DNA of 64,000 nt from Arenicellales bacterium (lineage in GTDB: Bacteria; Pseudomonadota; Gammaproteobacteria; Arenicellales; JAJDZL01): the NCBI GenBank assembly GCA_965214785.1, contig OZ243975.1:56430-120429 (forward strand). The letters are read 5' to 3'. Position 1 is the first letter of the stretch. Each line of letters opens with the position of its first letter. The notes under the pieces were generated by a model. That model did not search any database and was not told the origin of the DNA. It saw nothing but the letters and a program-made list of their open reading frames with translations. The translations under genes and the position numbers were made by a program. Positions 10,484 to 19,649 of the stretch are shown one piece after another.

Positions 10484-10861
10484 ATATTTGTTTGACGCAA
10501 CACGAATTCACAATGAATTTTAAGTTTTGTACCATCACCGTATGTATCGCTAAGGTGCAAGATTTGATTTTTTTATGATTAGCATCAATGCCTTTGGTGT
10601 CAAGGTTAATCAATGCATTTTTCACTGCTCCTGTTGAAGATGGAACCACTCATACTGCCTGTTTTGCGATCATGTCACAAACAACATAGTCACTAAATCA
10701 GCGCCGGCTTTGTGAATTTCGGATATCATTATTTTTGTTCATGATTTGGATGCTACTTTTGGTAGTATCGCTGGTCAATCCAGCTTGGCACATAGAATGC
10801 CGTATTTCTTGCTAATGGAGGTATCCATTTCGTTAATTGCCATCTATTAGAGGCAGTCGAT

Positions 10862-11353
10862 GTGAAGGAAATGTTGATTAAAAACCAGGCTGAGGGGATT
10901 GTGCTTCTTCTCGCCTTTTCGGCGATGGTTTTTACTCACAATGTTGCGGCAAGCAACTGTAGCGCCGAGCCTGAGGAAGACCCCGTCATGGTTGATGAAG
11001 GGGACAACGCCTTATTTAGAATCACCGTCAAGTGCGACACAACCTACTGGACATGGAGAACATTTCGCTACGTCTACAACACACAAGACGATAGTGCGAA
11101 CAGCTCAGATGACTACAACGAGAGGAGGAATGGGGAGCACATTTTTTACCCGGGAAACCATAACAGCACCCGGACCACTGGGGTAAAAACCTTCGCTGAT
11201 GATGATTGCGAAGGCGATGAGGAATTCAAGTTAATCTATAAACTGCAGGGTAAGACGAATGCAGGGTGGACCGACTGGTCTGGAGGTGTCGGCGGTTTGC
11301 CTGGCACCTTGTCCGTTAGCAGCAAGATCAATGATAAGACACCACGGTGCTAG
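10862..11353 (+). CDS. Small secreted protein with one Calx-beta-like domain
   Basis: N-terminal hydrophobic signal (GIVLLLAFSAMVFTHNVAAS). Calx-beta-like pattern DEGDNALFRITV...DDSANSSDDY...FYPGN...TTGVKTFADDDCEGDEEFKL. The start is uncertain: GTG 10862 or ATG 10871. Confidence 0.55.
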   Translation: MKEMLIKNQAEGIVLLLAFSAMVFTHNVAASNCSAEPEEDPVMVDEGDNALFRITVKCDTTYWTWRTFRYVYNTQDDSANSSDDYNERRNGEHIFYPGNHNSTRTTGVKTFADDDCEGDEEFKLIYKLQGKTNAGWTDWSGGVGGLPGTLSVSSKINDKTPRC

Positions 11354-12114
11354 TCGCTCAGCAGTTGCCAAAAAGCCAATCTTCAGCCACCAATAGCCAA
11401 CGATCGTGCGACCGGCATCTTGAAAAGGTGTCTATTTCACCGGTTGTAATTTGGGGTTAGCAAAAAGGACACTCTCAACCCACAAGCCGATGAAAAATAC
11501 ATTCAATCTGTTTGGCGAAGTGCAGTTGCAACCGTTGGGTTTGATGCGCCTGATCCAATAAAAAACACCTGCACCGGTCTCGATCCGGCATTATCTGTAT
11601 TTGGCAGATATGGTTGTACGCATTGCGAAAGAACTGGTACCCCAGTTCGCTTTGGACTTGCTTGTAATAGCTGCAGGCTGCTGAGGTAGATATGGATATT
11701 GCTGCAGCGAAATGACTATCGTTGGTTTGCAGTCAATGAAGCTTTCAATCGTGGCCACTGTTCGTTGTGTTGTAAATCTTGCACTGAATCGGTCAGGATG
11801 AAGCTATTTGATAAACTGAAGCGATGGCTCAACACTTATTTGGTCCCCCTTGCCGCAGATGCCGCCACCGGTCCTCATTAACGTTGGTAGATTCTCACTT
11901 TCGGTGTTGTAATTCCCCAGAACAGGGCTGTAAAATATCGAATGCACACAGATTCAGTTTTGGACGGTGTTTTGTCCCTGTAAGGGTACTTGGAAAATTC
12001 TAATTGCTGCGGGCATATTTAATCATTCAATAGTGCCCGGTTCACGCCGGATTGTCAACTGAACAACGAGTTGTCGTTTTAATTTCGCCACCATTACAAA
12101 AGGAGCATCCTATT

Positions 12115-12891
12115 ATGGAATTCGAGCACATAATTGCGCAAACACGAGGCAATGTTGGACTGATTACGTTTAATCGCCCGAAGGTTCTTAATGCCTTGTC
12201 TTCGGAGGTGATGGATGAGCTGGGAAGCGCAATCGATACCTTTGAAAACGACGACTCGGTCGGTGCAATCGTCATAACCGGCAGCGAAAAGGCATTTGCG
12301 GCAGGCGCAGATATCACGCAGATGAAAGACAAGACATTCGCCGATGCATACGCTGGCAATTTCATCAGTTCAAATTGGGAAAGAGTCACGCAGTGTCGAA
12401 AACCGGTAATTGCCGCAGTCGGCGGTTATGCCTTGGGAGGCGGCTGTGAATTGGCAATGATGTGCGATTTCATACTTGCAGGAGACAATGCACAGTTTGG
12501 CCAGCCCGAAATACTTCTTGGAATAATTCCCGGTGCCGGAGGTACACAACGACTCACCCGAGCGGTGGGAAAATCCAAATCAATGGACATGTGCCTGACA
12601 GGTCGAAAAATGGATGCCGAAGAAGCGGAGCGCTGTGGGCTGGTATCTCGTATTTTTCCAGTGAGCGAACTCGTCGAGCGCTCTGTCGAAATCGCACAGG
12701 GTATTGCAGATTTCTCGAGAATCGCAGCGACGATGGTTACTGAAACTGTCGACAGGGCGTATGAGACAACGCTGTCAGAAGGTGTTTTGTTCGAAAGAAG
12801 GGCGTTTCATTCAATGTTCGCTACCAATGATCAAAAAGAAGGAATGTCAGCGTTTGTTGAAAAAAGAAAAGCAAACTGGACACACAGTTAA
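12115..12891 (+). CDS. Enoyl-CoA hydratase (crotonase family)
   Basis: 258 aa from the ATG at 12115, which has an AAGGAG 8 nt upstream. Motifs include [27 protein letters not shown] and the crotonase signature [19 protein letters not shown]. Confidence 0.88.
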   Translation: MEFEHIIAQTRGNVGLITFNRPKVLNALSSEVMDELGSAIDTFENDDSVGAIVITGSEKAFAAGADITQMKDKTFADAYAGNFISSNWERVTQCRKPVIAAVGGYALGGGCELAMMCDFILAGDNAQFGQPEILLGIIPGAGGTQRLTRAVGKSKSMDMCLTGRKMDAEEAERCGLVSRIFPVSELVERSVEIAQGIADFSRIAATMVTETVDRAYETTLSEGVLFERRAFHSMFATNDQKEGMSAFVEKRKANWTHS

Positions 12892-12997
12892 ATGATCAAG
12901 GCAATTTGCCTGCGGACAATATACTGAACTGTAGGTGGGTTAAACCCTCACTTGCGGCTGCACCTAAGTCCAAGTCAAATTCCAAACTGTGATGACC

Positions 12998-13031
12998 ATA
13001 ACGCAGGCGTAAAAATAACGCAGGCGTAAAA
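12998..13031. repeat. Perfect tandem duplication of a 17-nt unit (ATAACGCAGGCGTAAAA x2) in a convergent intergenic spacer
   Basis: Read directly: unit 1 is 12998-13014 and unit 2 is 13015-13031. Confidence 0.9.
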
Positions 13032-13054
13032 ACTTAAGCGACTAATACAAGCGG

Positions 13055-13915
13055 TTAACTCCGGTCGGCCTTAATCGGCACCTGCATACTGCCGATTTTT
13101 TCTATGTTGCACTCAAGTACATCGCCAATTGCGACGGGACCAACTCCTTCTGGTGTGCCGGACATAATGACGTCTCCTGGGTACAGTGTGTAAAAAGACG
13201 AAGCATACGAAATCAGTTTTCGGGTAGAGTAAATCATCTCGGATGTATTCGAGTTTTGCTTGGTGTTGCCATTTATGGAAAGGGAAATATCCAGGTTATC
13301 GGGATTTTCAATCTCATTGGTGGTCACCAGCCACGGACCGAGAACAGAGTGCGAGTCAGCTGCTTTTCTCATGCTGCGGTCTTCTGAACCCCGGATCGTC
13401 ATATCCAGTCCGATGGTATAACCGGCAACATATTCCAATGCTTCCTGTTCATCGACGTTGCGGCAGTTTCTGCCGATAATGATTGCGAATTCAACTTCGT
13501 GATCAGTGCGTCGCCCTTCAAACCGAAGTTTCACACCATCATCAGGACCAACTGGCACTGGTGATTTTAAAAACAGTCCGTGGGTTTCAATGCTTTTTAC
13601 GTCACCACCTGCACTGATTTCCGGATCCTCATTGACCTCTTCATGGTGGGCGCGGTAGTTGACAGTCGCCCCAATGATTTTGGAAGGGCGCGCAACGGGA
13701 CTGTTTAACTGTACGTCCCGCATTGAATAAGTCTCTGCAGTACGGCGAAGTCTGTGGATTTGCGGTAATAGGGAATCAAGATTTGCAATCAGCAAATCAC
13801 CTGGCGGTTGCGGCCATGTCGGAAGCTTAATGCTCTGAATCACCTCAGTGACATCCTGAACACCGCGTCCGGTCACAACACCGAGATTTGTTTCATTGAA
13901 TCGGCAAATTTTCAT
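13055..13915 (-). CDS. Fumarylacetoacetate hydrolase (FAH) family protein
   Basis: 286 aa. FAH-fold blocks HEVEFAIIIGR, GYTIGLDMTIRG, and MIYSTRKLISYASSFYTLYPGDVIMSGTPEGVGPV. Confidence 0.85.
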   Translation of the reverse strand: MKICRFNETNLGVVTGRGVQDVTEVIQSIKLPTWPQPPGDLLIANLDSLLPQIHRLRRTAETYSMRDVQLNSPVARPSKIIGATVNYRAHHEEVNEDPEISAGGDVKSIETHGLFLKSPVPVGPDDGVKLRFEGRRTDHEVEFAIIIGRNCRNVDEQEALEYVAGYTIGLDMTIRGSEDRSMRKAADSHSVLGPWLVTTNEIENPDNLDISLSINGNTKQNSNTSEMIYSTRKLISYASSFYTLYPGDVIMSGTPEGVGPVAIGDVLECNIEKIGSMQVPIKADRS

Positions 13916-14580
13916 GCAAGTATTCCGTGACTAAGTGCTGTTGATGAAACAACATTGGTTAAACCAAATCATCGTCTCGTTAGTTTATATGATTTGGCTC
14001 GAACTAAGGCGGGTAAATCCACTGCCAGGTCTGTAAGCAAATCCGGTGCCGCCCCTACGCGGTCAAATTCCAAGGTGCAAATTTCTGCCCGTTGGCGAAG
14101 ATCTATGCATCTTGAGTTCCATTGAATTAAAGCGGAACAAATATTTCAATCTACGCAGTGAACTGTGCTCTGAAATTCTCTATACATCATGTGCATAGTT
14201 CGGGATCTGATGAGGTCTAAGCGCAGCAAAGTTTCCAATCGATTGGCACTGCCTGCAATTGCAGTTTTCGTCTGTCAACATTGCTGCCTGACTACAACGA
14301 ATTACCGGATAGTTTCTGCTCGAATCCTCTTCATATTTACAACGCCTTTGACTTATTTTATCCAGCGCAGCAAAAAATTCGTATTTTTTTAACTCCAGTC
14401 GGTGCTGTCTGGACACGACACTGGCTGGCAAGTCTTGCTGTTTATAGAAATTCACATAACTATCTGATTGTTATAACAATAATCTGGAATATCAAATAAA
14501 AGATGCAGATTCCAAGATGATAAAAATCGGCAAAATTCAAACCGTAAATCGCAGCCAGTTTGAAGTCATGAAAAATTTAT

Positions 14581-14656
14581 TTGACATTTGCAAAATATAT
14601 CGTCAAAATATGGGGAAAAGTGCCTAAACGGGGAAAATAGTGGGATTTAGTGTGAT
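14581..14656 (+). promoter_or_regulatory. Candidate mraZ/dcw promoter with phased MraZ-operator-like TGGGN boxes
   Basis: Perfect -35 TTGACA at 14581-14586, with a weak -10 candidate CAAAAT after a 17-nt spacer. Then follows a 10-nt phased series: TGGGG (14611), TGCCT (14621), GGGAA (14631, with GGGGA from 14630), TGGGA (14641) and TGTGA (14651). It ends about 35 nt before the mraZ ATG. Confidence 0.5.
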
Positions 14657-14689
14657 AAACGAACATTTTAATAAGGACATTGTGACGCA

Positions 14690-15160
14690 ATGTTGAACGA
14701 ATTAACAGGATCTTATTCAGTCACAGTTGACTCCAAAGGTCGCGTGGTCATTCCAGCGGGTTTCAGAGATTTACTTCTCTCGGAATGTGAGGGTCAACTT
14801 GCGATTGGCCTTGACGCGACTGAAAACTGTCTGGTCATACATACCCGCGCGCACTGGGAGGAGCTCAAGTCCGTACTGCTTTCGATGAAAAGCGCCAAAT
14901 CCTCCGTCAGAGAAATGAAAAGAATATTACTGGGCAGCACCAAGTTTGCTGAGATTGATTCTTCCGGCAGACTGCTGGTGCCCAAAGAGCTCAGAATGAT
15001 TGCACAAATTGAAGTGAACCAATCCGCATTGCTAATGGGAAATGGCAAGTCCATCGAACTTTGGAACATCGAATTTTTCGAGCAAAGCGTAACCTCTATT
15101 CGCAGCAAAGTCAGGGAAGGGGAAGAACACCAGCAGATTCTGGACCAACTGGATTACTGA
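14690..15160 (+). CDS. mraZ: Transcriptional regulator MraZ
   Basis: 156 aa with two SpoVT/AbrB-like repeats carrying DSKGRVVIP and DSSGRLLVP. It occupies the first position of the dcw cluster. Confidence 0.92.
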   Translation: MLNELTGSYSVTVDSKGRVVIPAGFRDLLLSECEGQLAIGLDATENCLVIHTRAHWEELKSVLLSMKSAKSSVREMKRILLGSTKFAEIDSSGRLLVPKELRMIAQIEVNQSALLMGNGKSIELWNIEFFEQSVTSIRSKVREGEEHQQILDQLDY

Positions 15161-15176
15161 TCTTTGGTGAAACAAT

Positions 15177-16136
15177 ATGAATATCCAAAACGCAAATCCC
15201 GAACACGAAGCGGTAATGCTTCGAGAAGCGGTCGAATCTGTTGTGACCGAACAAAACGGCGTTTATGTTGATGCAACGTACGGAAGGGGAGGGCATTCAG
15301 GCGCGATCCTCAAGCACTTAGGCCAAAGCGGCAAACTGTTTGCCTTCGACTGCGATACCGATGCGATCGCTGCGGCAAAACTCAATCATCAAGGTGACCG
15401 CCGATTCGAGCCGATCGAGGCATGCTTCAGCGCAATTGAATCTGAACTGCGAAGTCGTTGCCCGTCTGTCGAGATTTCCGGCATTATTGCAGACCTTGGG
15501 GTTTCTTCTCCCCAGCTTGATCAGGCCGAGCGAGGATTCAGTTTTCTGCGTGACGGTCCGCTTGACATGCGCATGAATCCCAATGAAGGGGTTTGCGCTC
15601 AGGTGTGGCTTCAAAATGCAAGTGAAAAATCAATATCCAACACGATTCGCACGCTCGGTGAAGAACGATACGCCCGCAGAATTGCGCGCGCAATTGTAAC
15701 CGCCAGGCAGGTAGACCCCATACAAACGACTGCGCAACTCGCACACATTGTTAGGCAGTGCGTGCCCACAACTGAAAAGGACAAACATCCAGCGACGAGA
15801 ACCTTTCTCGCCATTCGAATGAAGGTGAATCAGGAACTTGAGAAACTCGAAAAATTTCTCCCTCAGTGTGTGAGTCTGCTGAAAACCGGTGGCAGACTGG
15901 TGATCATCACTTTTCATTCGCTCGAAGACCGCCTGGTCAAACGATTTATTCGAGATGCTGCAATCGGTGCACCCGGTCCGCGCGGTGTGCCGTTTCGAAC
16001 AAGCGACTTCAAGCCCACACTCACAGTAGTCGGCAAAGCGCGCCGACCCTCCAGTGACGAAGTGCGCAGGAATCGCAGAGCACGAAGCGCAATGATGCGG
16101 GTCGCACAGCGAACAGGCGTCGAAGCCAATGCGTAA
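15177..16136 (+). CDS. rsmH: 16S rRNA (cytosine1402-N4)-methyltransferase
   Basis: 319 aa. Motifs DATYGRGGHS, DLGVSSPQLD, ITFHSLEDR. Position after mraZ. Confidence 0.93.
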   Translation: MNIQNANPEHEAVMLREAVESVVTEQNGVYVDATYGRGGHSGAILKHLGQSGKLFAFDCDTDAIAAAKLNHQGDRRFEPIEACFSAIESELRSRCPSVEISGIIADLGVSSPQLDQAERGFSFLRDGPLDMRMNPNEGVCAQVWLQNASEKSISNTIRTLGEERYARRIARAIVTARQVDPIQTTAQLAHIVRQCVPTTEKDKHPATRTFLAIRMKVNQELEKLEKFLPQCVSLLKTGGRLVIITFHSLEDRLVKRFIRDAAIGAPGPRGVPFRTSDFKPTLTVVGKARRPSSDEVRRNRRARSAMMRVAQRTGVEANA

Positions 16137-16434
16137 GTTTACTTACTTTTTCATTTTTGTCACGTTTGTATCAGCACTTGGCGTGATATGGATTCGTCAC
16201 GCCAATCGCGAAGCGACTGTGGAACTCCATAGCGTGTATCACCAAAGAGACAATTTGCAAGACCAATGGAGGCAGCTGATTCTTGAAAGAACTGCTCTTG
16301 GAAGAATCGACCGATTGGAAAACTGGGTGAAGTCGAATAACGCGTTTGCACCGCCGAGCGACACGCAGGTGATTCTTGTGGGTGCTGACGAGTCAGTTTC
16401 ACAAACAATCCAACACCAACACCAACAACAATAA
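16129..16434 (+). CDS. ftsL: Cell division protein FtsL
   Basis: 101 aa with a single N-terminal TM helix followed by a coiled-coil. Located between rsmH and ftsI, with an 8-nt overlap with rsmH. Confidence 0.8.
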   Translation: MRKFTYFFIFVTFVSALGVIWIRHANREATVELHSVYHQRDNLQDQWRQLILERTALGRIDRLENWVKSNNAFAPPSDTQVILVGADESVSQTIQHQHQQQ

Positions 16435-16440
16435 GCATCA

Positions 16441-18165
16441 GTGAATTACCGCGAACCCTACATCGTACCCAGACGCCACCTGATTGCACTGGCTGTAATC
16501 TTTAGCGCGCTGGTGCTGCTCGGCGCCCGGGCCGCATACCTGCAGATATTCGCAACTGACATGCTTCAGACACAGGGCAACGCGCGCTACCTCAGAAATG
16601 AAGTGATTAAACCGAATCGCGGGCTGATCAAGGACCGAAACGGTGAACTTTTAGCGGTCAGTACTCCTGTAGATTCGATATGGGCCGAGCCGCATGTGCT
16701 GATTAATCACTCTAGTCGCTGGGATGAGTTGGCCGAAGCTGTAGGGGTCTCAAGCGGCCGGCTTAAACTGAGCCTGGATAAATACAACAATGCCAATCGC
16801 AGGTTCATGTATCTCAAACGCCATCTCACACCACAGCATGCTGCTGAAGTGGAGAGCCTTGATGTGCCGGGTGTTCACTTGCTCAGAGAATATCGACGTT
16901 ATTACCCGCAAGGCGAAATCGCGTCGAACCTCGTGGGCTATACCAACATTGACGATGTGGGGCTTGAAGGCATCGAGCGGGTGATGAACTCGCGTCTGGA
17001 AGGCGAATATGGACTGCGACAAGTCCTCAAGGATAAGAACGGTCGCACAATCGAAACAGTGCAATACGTACAAGGGGTCGAAAACGGAAAAGATGTCGTT
17101 TTGAGCATTGATGCGAGAATTCAACATGTTGTCCATAGAGCATTGGCTGATGCGCTCGCCAAAGAGCGCGCATACAAGGCAATCAGCGTGGTTGTTGATG
17201 TCGATACAGGGGAAATTCTCGCAATTGCCAATGTTCCCAGTTTTAATCCGAATATTGTCAGCGACCGAACAATTACCCGCAACTTCGCCGCAACCGATGT
17301 GTTTGAACCAGGTTCAGTTGTCAAGCCTTTTCTTGTCGCCAAGGCAATTATGGATGGTGTGGTTACTCCTCATACAGTCATTGATACCGCTCCAGGCGAG
17401 ATCCGACTCGATGGTTTCAAAATTAGCGATATTCGCAATTACGGTGAGCTGTCCGTTGAGGACATCATTATGAAATCAAGCAATATTGGTGTCGTAAAAA
17501 TCGGTGAGCATATCGACCCGGACAGCCTGATGGATTTTTACGCGCAGGTTGGATTCGGATCTGAAACCTCAAGCGGATTATCCGGCGAGCAGCCGGGGCT
17601 TTTCCCTCGTCGAAGCAAATGGCGCCCCAGCGAACGCGCAACGCTGGCATTCGGATATGGTTTTTCTGTCACTCCCTTACAGCTCGTGCAGGCGTATGCC
17701 GCGATCGCAAACGGTGGTGTTTTGGTTCCGCTTTCTATTGTTGCTGATGATTCGCTGCTGAAAAATCGCCAGAAGATTATGCCAAGCGCACTTGCGACAG
17801 ACATGATTGCAATGCTTGAAAAAGTTGTGACGCCAACTGGAACAGCCAAACGCGCTGCGATTCCCCACTATCGTGTGGCCGGAAAATCTGCCACTGTGCA
17901 AAAGCTGATTGACGGCAGATACAGCGAAAACAATCATTTGGCGGTTTTTGTCGGCTTTGCTCCGGCATCCGATCCTAAAATTGCGGTCGCTGTTGTCGTT
18001 GACGATCCCAAAGGCGAAGTGCATTACGGCGGGGCAGTAGCAGCCCCGGTTTTTCAAACCATCATGAGCAAATCGCTTCGCATTCTCGATATCCCGCCTG
18101 ACGATGTCAAGAAATTTGCAACCAATAAACAAAGCGAACTTGCTCAGACCGAGACTGTGCTATGA
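16441..18165 (+). CDS. ftsI: Peptidoglycan D,D-transpeptidase FtsI (PBP3)
   Basis: 574 aa. N-terminal TM helix, PBP dimerisation domain, and transpeptidase motifs SVVK (SxxK) and KSSN. GTG start. Confidence 0.9.
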   Translation: MNYREPYIVPRRHLIALAVIFSALVLLGARAAYLQIFATDMLQTQGNARYLRNEVIKPNRGLIKDRNGELLAVSTPVDSIWAEPHVLINHSSRWDELAEAVGVSSGRLKLSLDKYNNANRRFMYLKRHLTPQHAAEVESLDVPGVHLLREYRRYYPQGEIASNLVGYTNIDDVGLEGIERVMNSRLEGEYGLRQVLKDKNGRTIETVQYVQGVENGKDVVLSIDARIQHVVHRALADALAKERAYKAISVVVDVDTGEILAIANVPSFNPNIVSDRTITRNFAATDVFEPGSVVKPFLVAKAIMDGVVTPHTVIDTAPGEIRLDGFKISDIRNYGELSVEDIIMKSSNIGVVKIGEHIDPDSLMDFYAQVGFGSETSSGLSGEQPGLFPRRSKWRPSERATLAFGYGFSVTPLQLVQAYAAIANGGVLVPLSIVADDSLLKNRQKIMPSALATDMIAMLEKVVTPTGTAKRAAIPHYRVAGKSATVQKLIDGRYSENNHLAVFVGFAPASDPKIAVAVVVDDPKGEVHYGGAVAAPVFQTIMSKSLRILDIPPDDVKKFATNKQSELAQTETVL

Positions 18166-19649
18166 ATGCCCAAGGCGCTGAATCAGATATGACACCTCAA
18201 AGCCTGCATTCGCTGCTCGACGGTATTGCCCGCTTCGATGGCGCCGACGATGTGTCCGTAGACCACATTACCCTCGACAGCCGAAAAGTCAGCAAAGGCG
18301 GAGTGTTCTTCGCAATGCCAGGCAGCGCAGGCGATGGCAGAAAACATATCGCAAGTGCAATTCAATCCGGTGCCAGTGCAATCGTCTACGAATCAAGTGA
18401 CGGGCAGTTATTCGAAGACGAACACATCCCTTGTGTTGGCGTAGACAACCTAAGACAACGCGTCGGTCATGTCGCACATCAGTTCTATGGAAAACCGTCA
18501 TCTCAACTGCATGTCATCGGTATTACCGGAACCAATGGGAAATCGACTTGTGCAATCCTGACCGCACAGGCACTTGAGTCATTAGGAAAAAAATGCGCAG
18601 TCGTTGGCACTTTAGGCAGTGGATATTTCAACCGCCTCGAAAGTCAGGGGCTTACGACACCCGATGCGGTGAGTTTGCATCAGCAATTCGCCTCATTTGT
18701 TGAATCCAAAGCGCAATTCGTGTGTCTTGAGGTGTCATCTCATGCACTCGACCAGTCAAGGACCAATGGCGTTCGTTTTACATCCGTTGTGTTTACGAAT
18801 CTGTCGAGCGATCACATGGACTATCACCTAACTCGCCAGCACTATCGCGACAGCAAGGCAAAATTGTTTGTAGACACTTCGGCAGACAACGCAGTATTGA
18901 ATATAGACGATGATTTCGGTCGTTCAATGCTGAACCGAACCCGGGCGCAAAACGCAATCAGCTACGGAAGCGGTGCTTCCGATGTGAGGTTGATCGAATA
19001 TCAGGCCAGCCGCACAGGCTTGAAACTTGTCATTGAGATTGAAGGCGAAAAATTACAAGTTCAAAACGAAATTCTCGGTATGTTTAATGCCTTGAATATT
19101 ACTGCTGTTGCTGCAGTGCTGTATGCGCTCGGCACTTCGCTCGCAGACATCAAATGCGCGTTGAACGAATTAACACCGGTCGAAGGTCGAATGCAGAGAA
19201 TTCAAGGCGGTGACAACAGGCCCGATGTGGTTATTGACTACGCACACACCCCACATGGTCTTGAATGCGCACTTTCCAGCCTTCGGCAAATCAAATACGA
19301 AAATGTGATTTGTGTTTTCGGCTGCGGTGGGGATCGAGACATTGGAAAACGCCCGTTGATGGGGCAGATTGCCGAGAAACTGGCAAATCGGGTGATACTC
19401 ACAGATGACAATCCGCGCAGTGAAGCTCCGGCATCCATTACCGACTCGATCGCATCAGGCATGCTGCGAAGTCCGCAAGTCATTCACAACCGACGTGAAG
19501 CGATCCGAACTGCAATTTGTGAATCAGGCGCTCGAGATATCGTGCTGATTGCCGGCAAAGGACATGAGAATTACCAGATCTATGGCTCGCAAACCCTTGT
19601 GTTCAGCGACCAGGCGGTAGTTTGCGAAACACTGGGCAGCAGCGAATGA
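18162..19649 (+). CDS. murE: UDP-N-acetylmuramoyl-L-alanyl-D-glutamate--2,6-diaminopimelate ligase
   Basis: 495 aa. Motifs GITGTNGKST and the DAP-specific DNPR (LTDDNPRSE). 4-nt overlap with ftsI. Confidence 0.92.
   Translation: MNAQGAESDMTPQSLHSLLDGIARFDGADDVSVDHITLDSRKVSKGGVFFAMPGSAGDGRKHIASAIQSGASAIVYESSDGQLFEDEHIPCVGVDNLRQRVGHVAHQFYGKPSSQLHVIGITGTNGKSTCAILTAQALESLGKKCAVVGTLGSGYFNRLESQGLTTPDAVSLHQQFASFVESKAQFVCLEVSSHALDQSRTNGVRFTSVVFTNLSSDHMDYHLTRQHYRDSKAKLFVDTSADNAVLNIDDDFGRSMLNRTRAQNAISYGSGASDVRLIEYQASRTGLKLVIEIEGEKLQVQNEILGMFNALNITAVAAVLYALGTSLADIKCALNELTPVEGRMQRIQGGDNRPDVVIDYAHTPHGLECALSSLRQIKYENVICVFGCGGDRDIGKRPLMGQIAEKLANRVILTDDNPRSEAPASITDSIASGMLRSPQVIHNRREAIRTAICESGARDIVLIAGKGHENYQIYGSQTLVFSDQAVVCETLGSSE

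Noticed and set aside
10461-10649. 62-aa minus-strand ORF overlapping the 3' end of the DUF4143 ATPase gene
   Set aside because: No RBS and no recognisable motif, and it overlaps a supported gene. It is probably noise, or at most debris.
14207-14214. CTGATGAG, the hammerhead ribozyme core motif
   Set aside because: No stem II closed by GAAA follows the motif, and no stem I/III partners are evident. It is most likely a chance octamer.
14180-14455. 91-aa minus-strand ORF (and overlapping plus-strand ORFs) in the mraZ upstream spacer
   Set aside because: It has a GTG start, no Shine-Dalgarno sequence, no recognisable family and unusual composition. It is kept only as part of the unexplained-spacer finding.
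13916-14580. RNase P RNA (rnpB), SRP RNA or tmRNA in the long spacer upstream of mraZ
   Set aside because: I looked on both strands for the universal RNase P blocks (GAGGAAAGUCC, ACAGAAnnCGGCUUA), the SRP GGAA-tetraloop helix 8 motif and the tmRNA ends. Only loose resemblances turned up (GAGGAUUCGAGC and UUACAGACCUGGC on the minus strand). That is not enough to call any known RNA.
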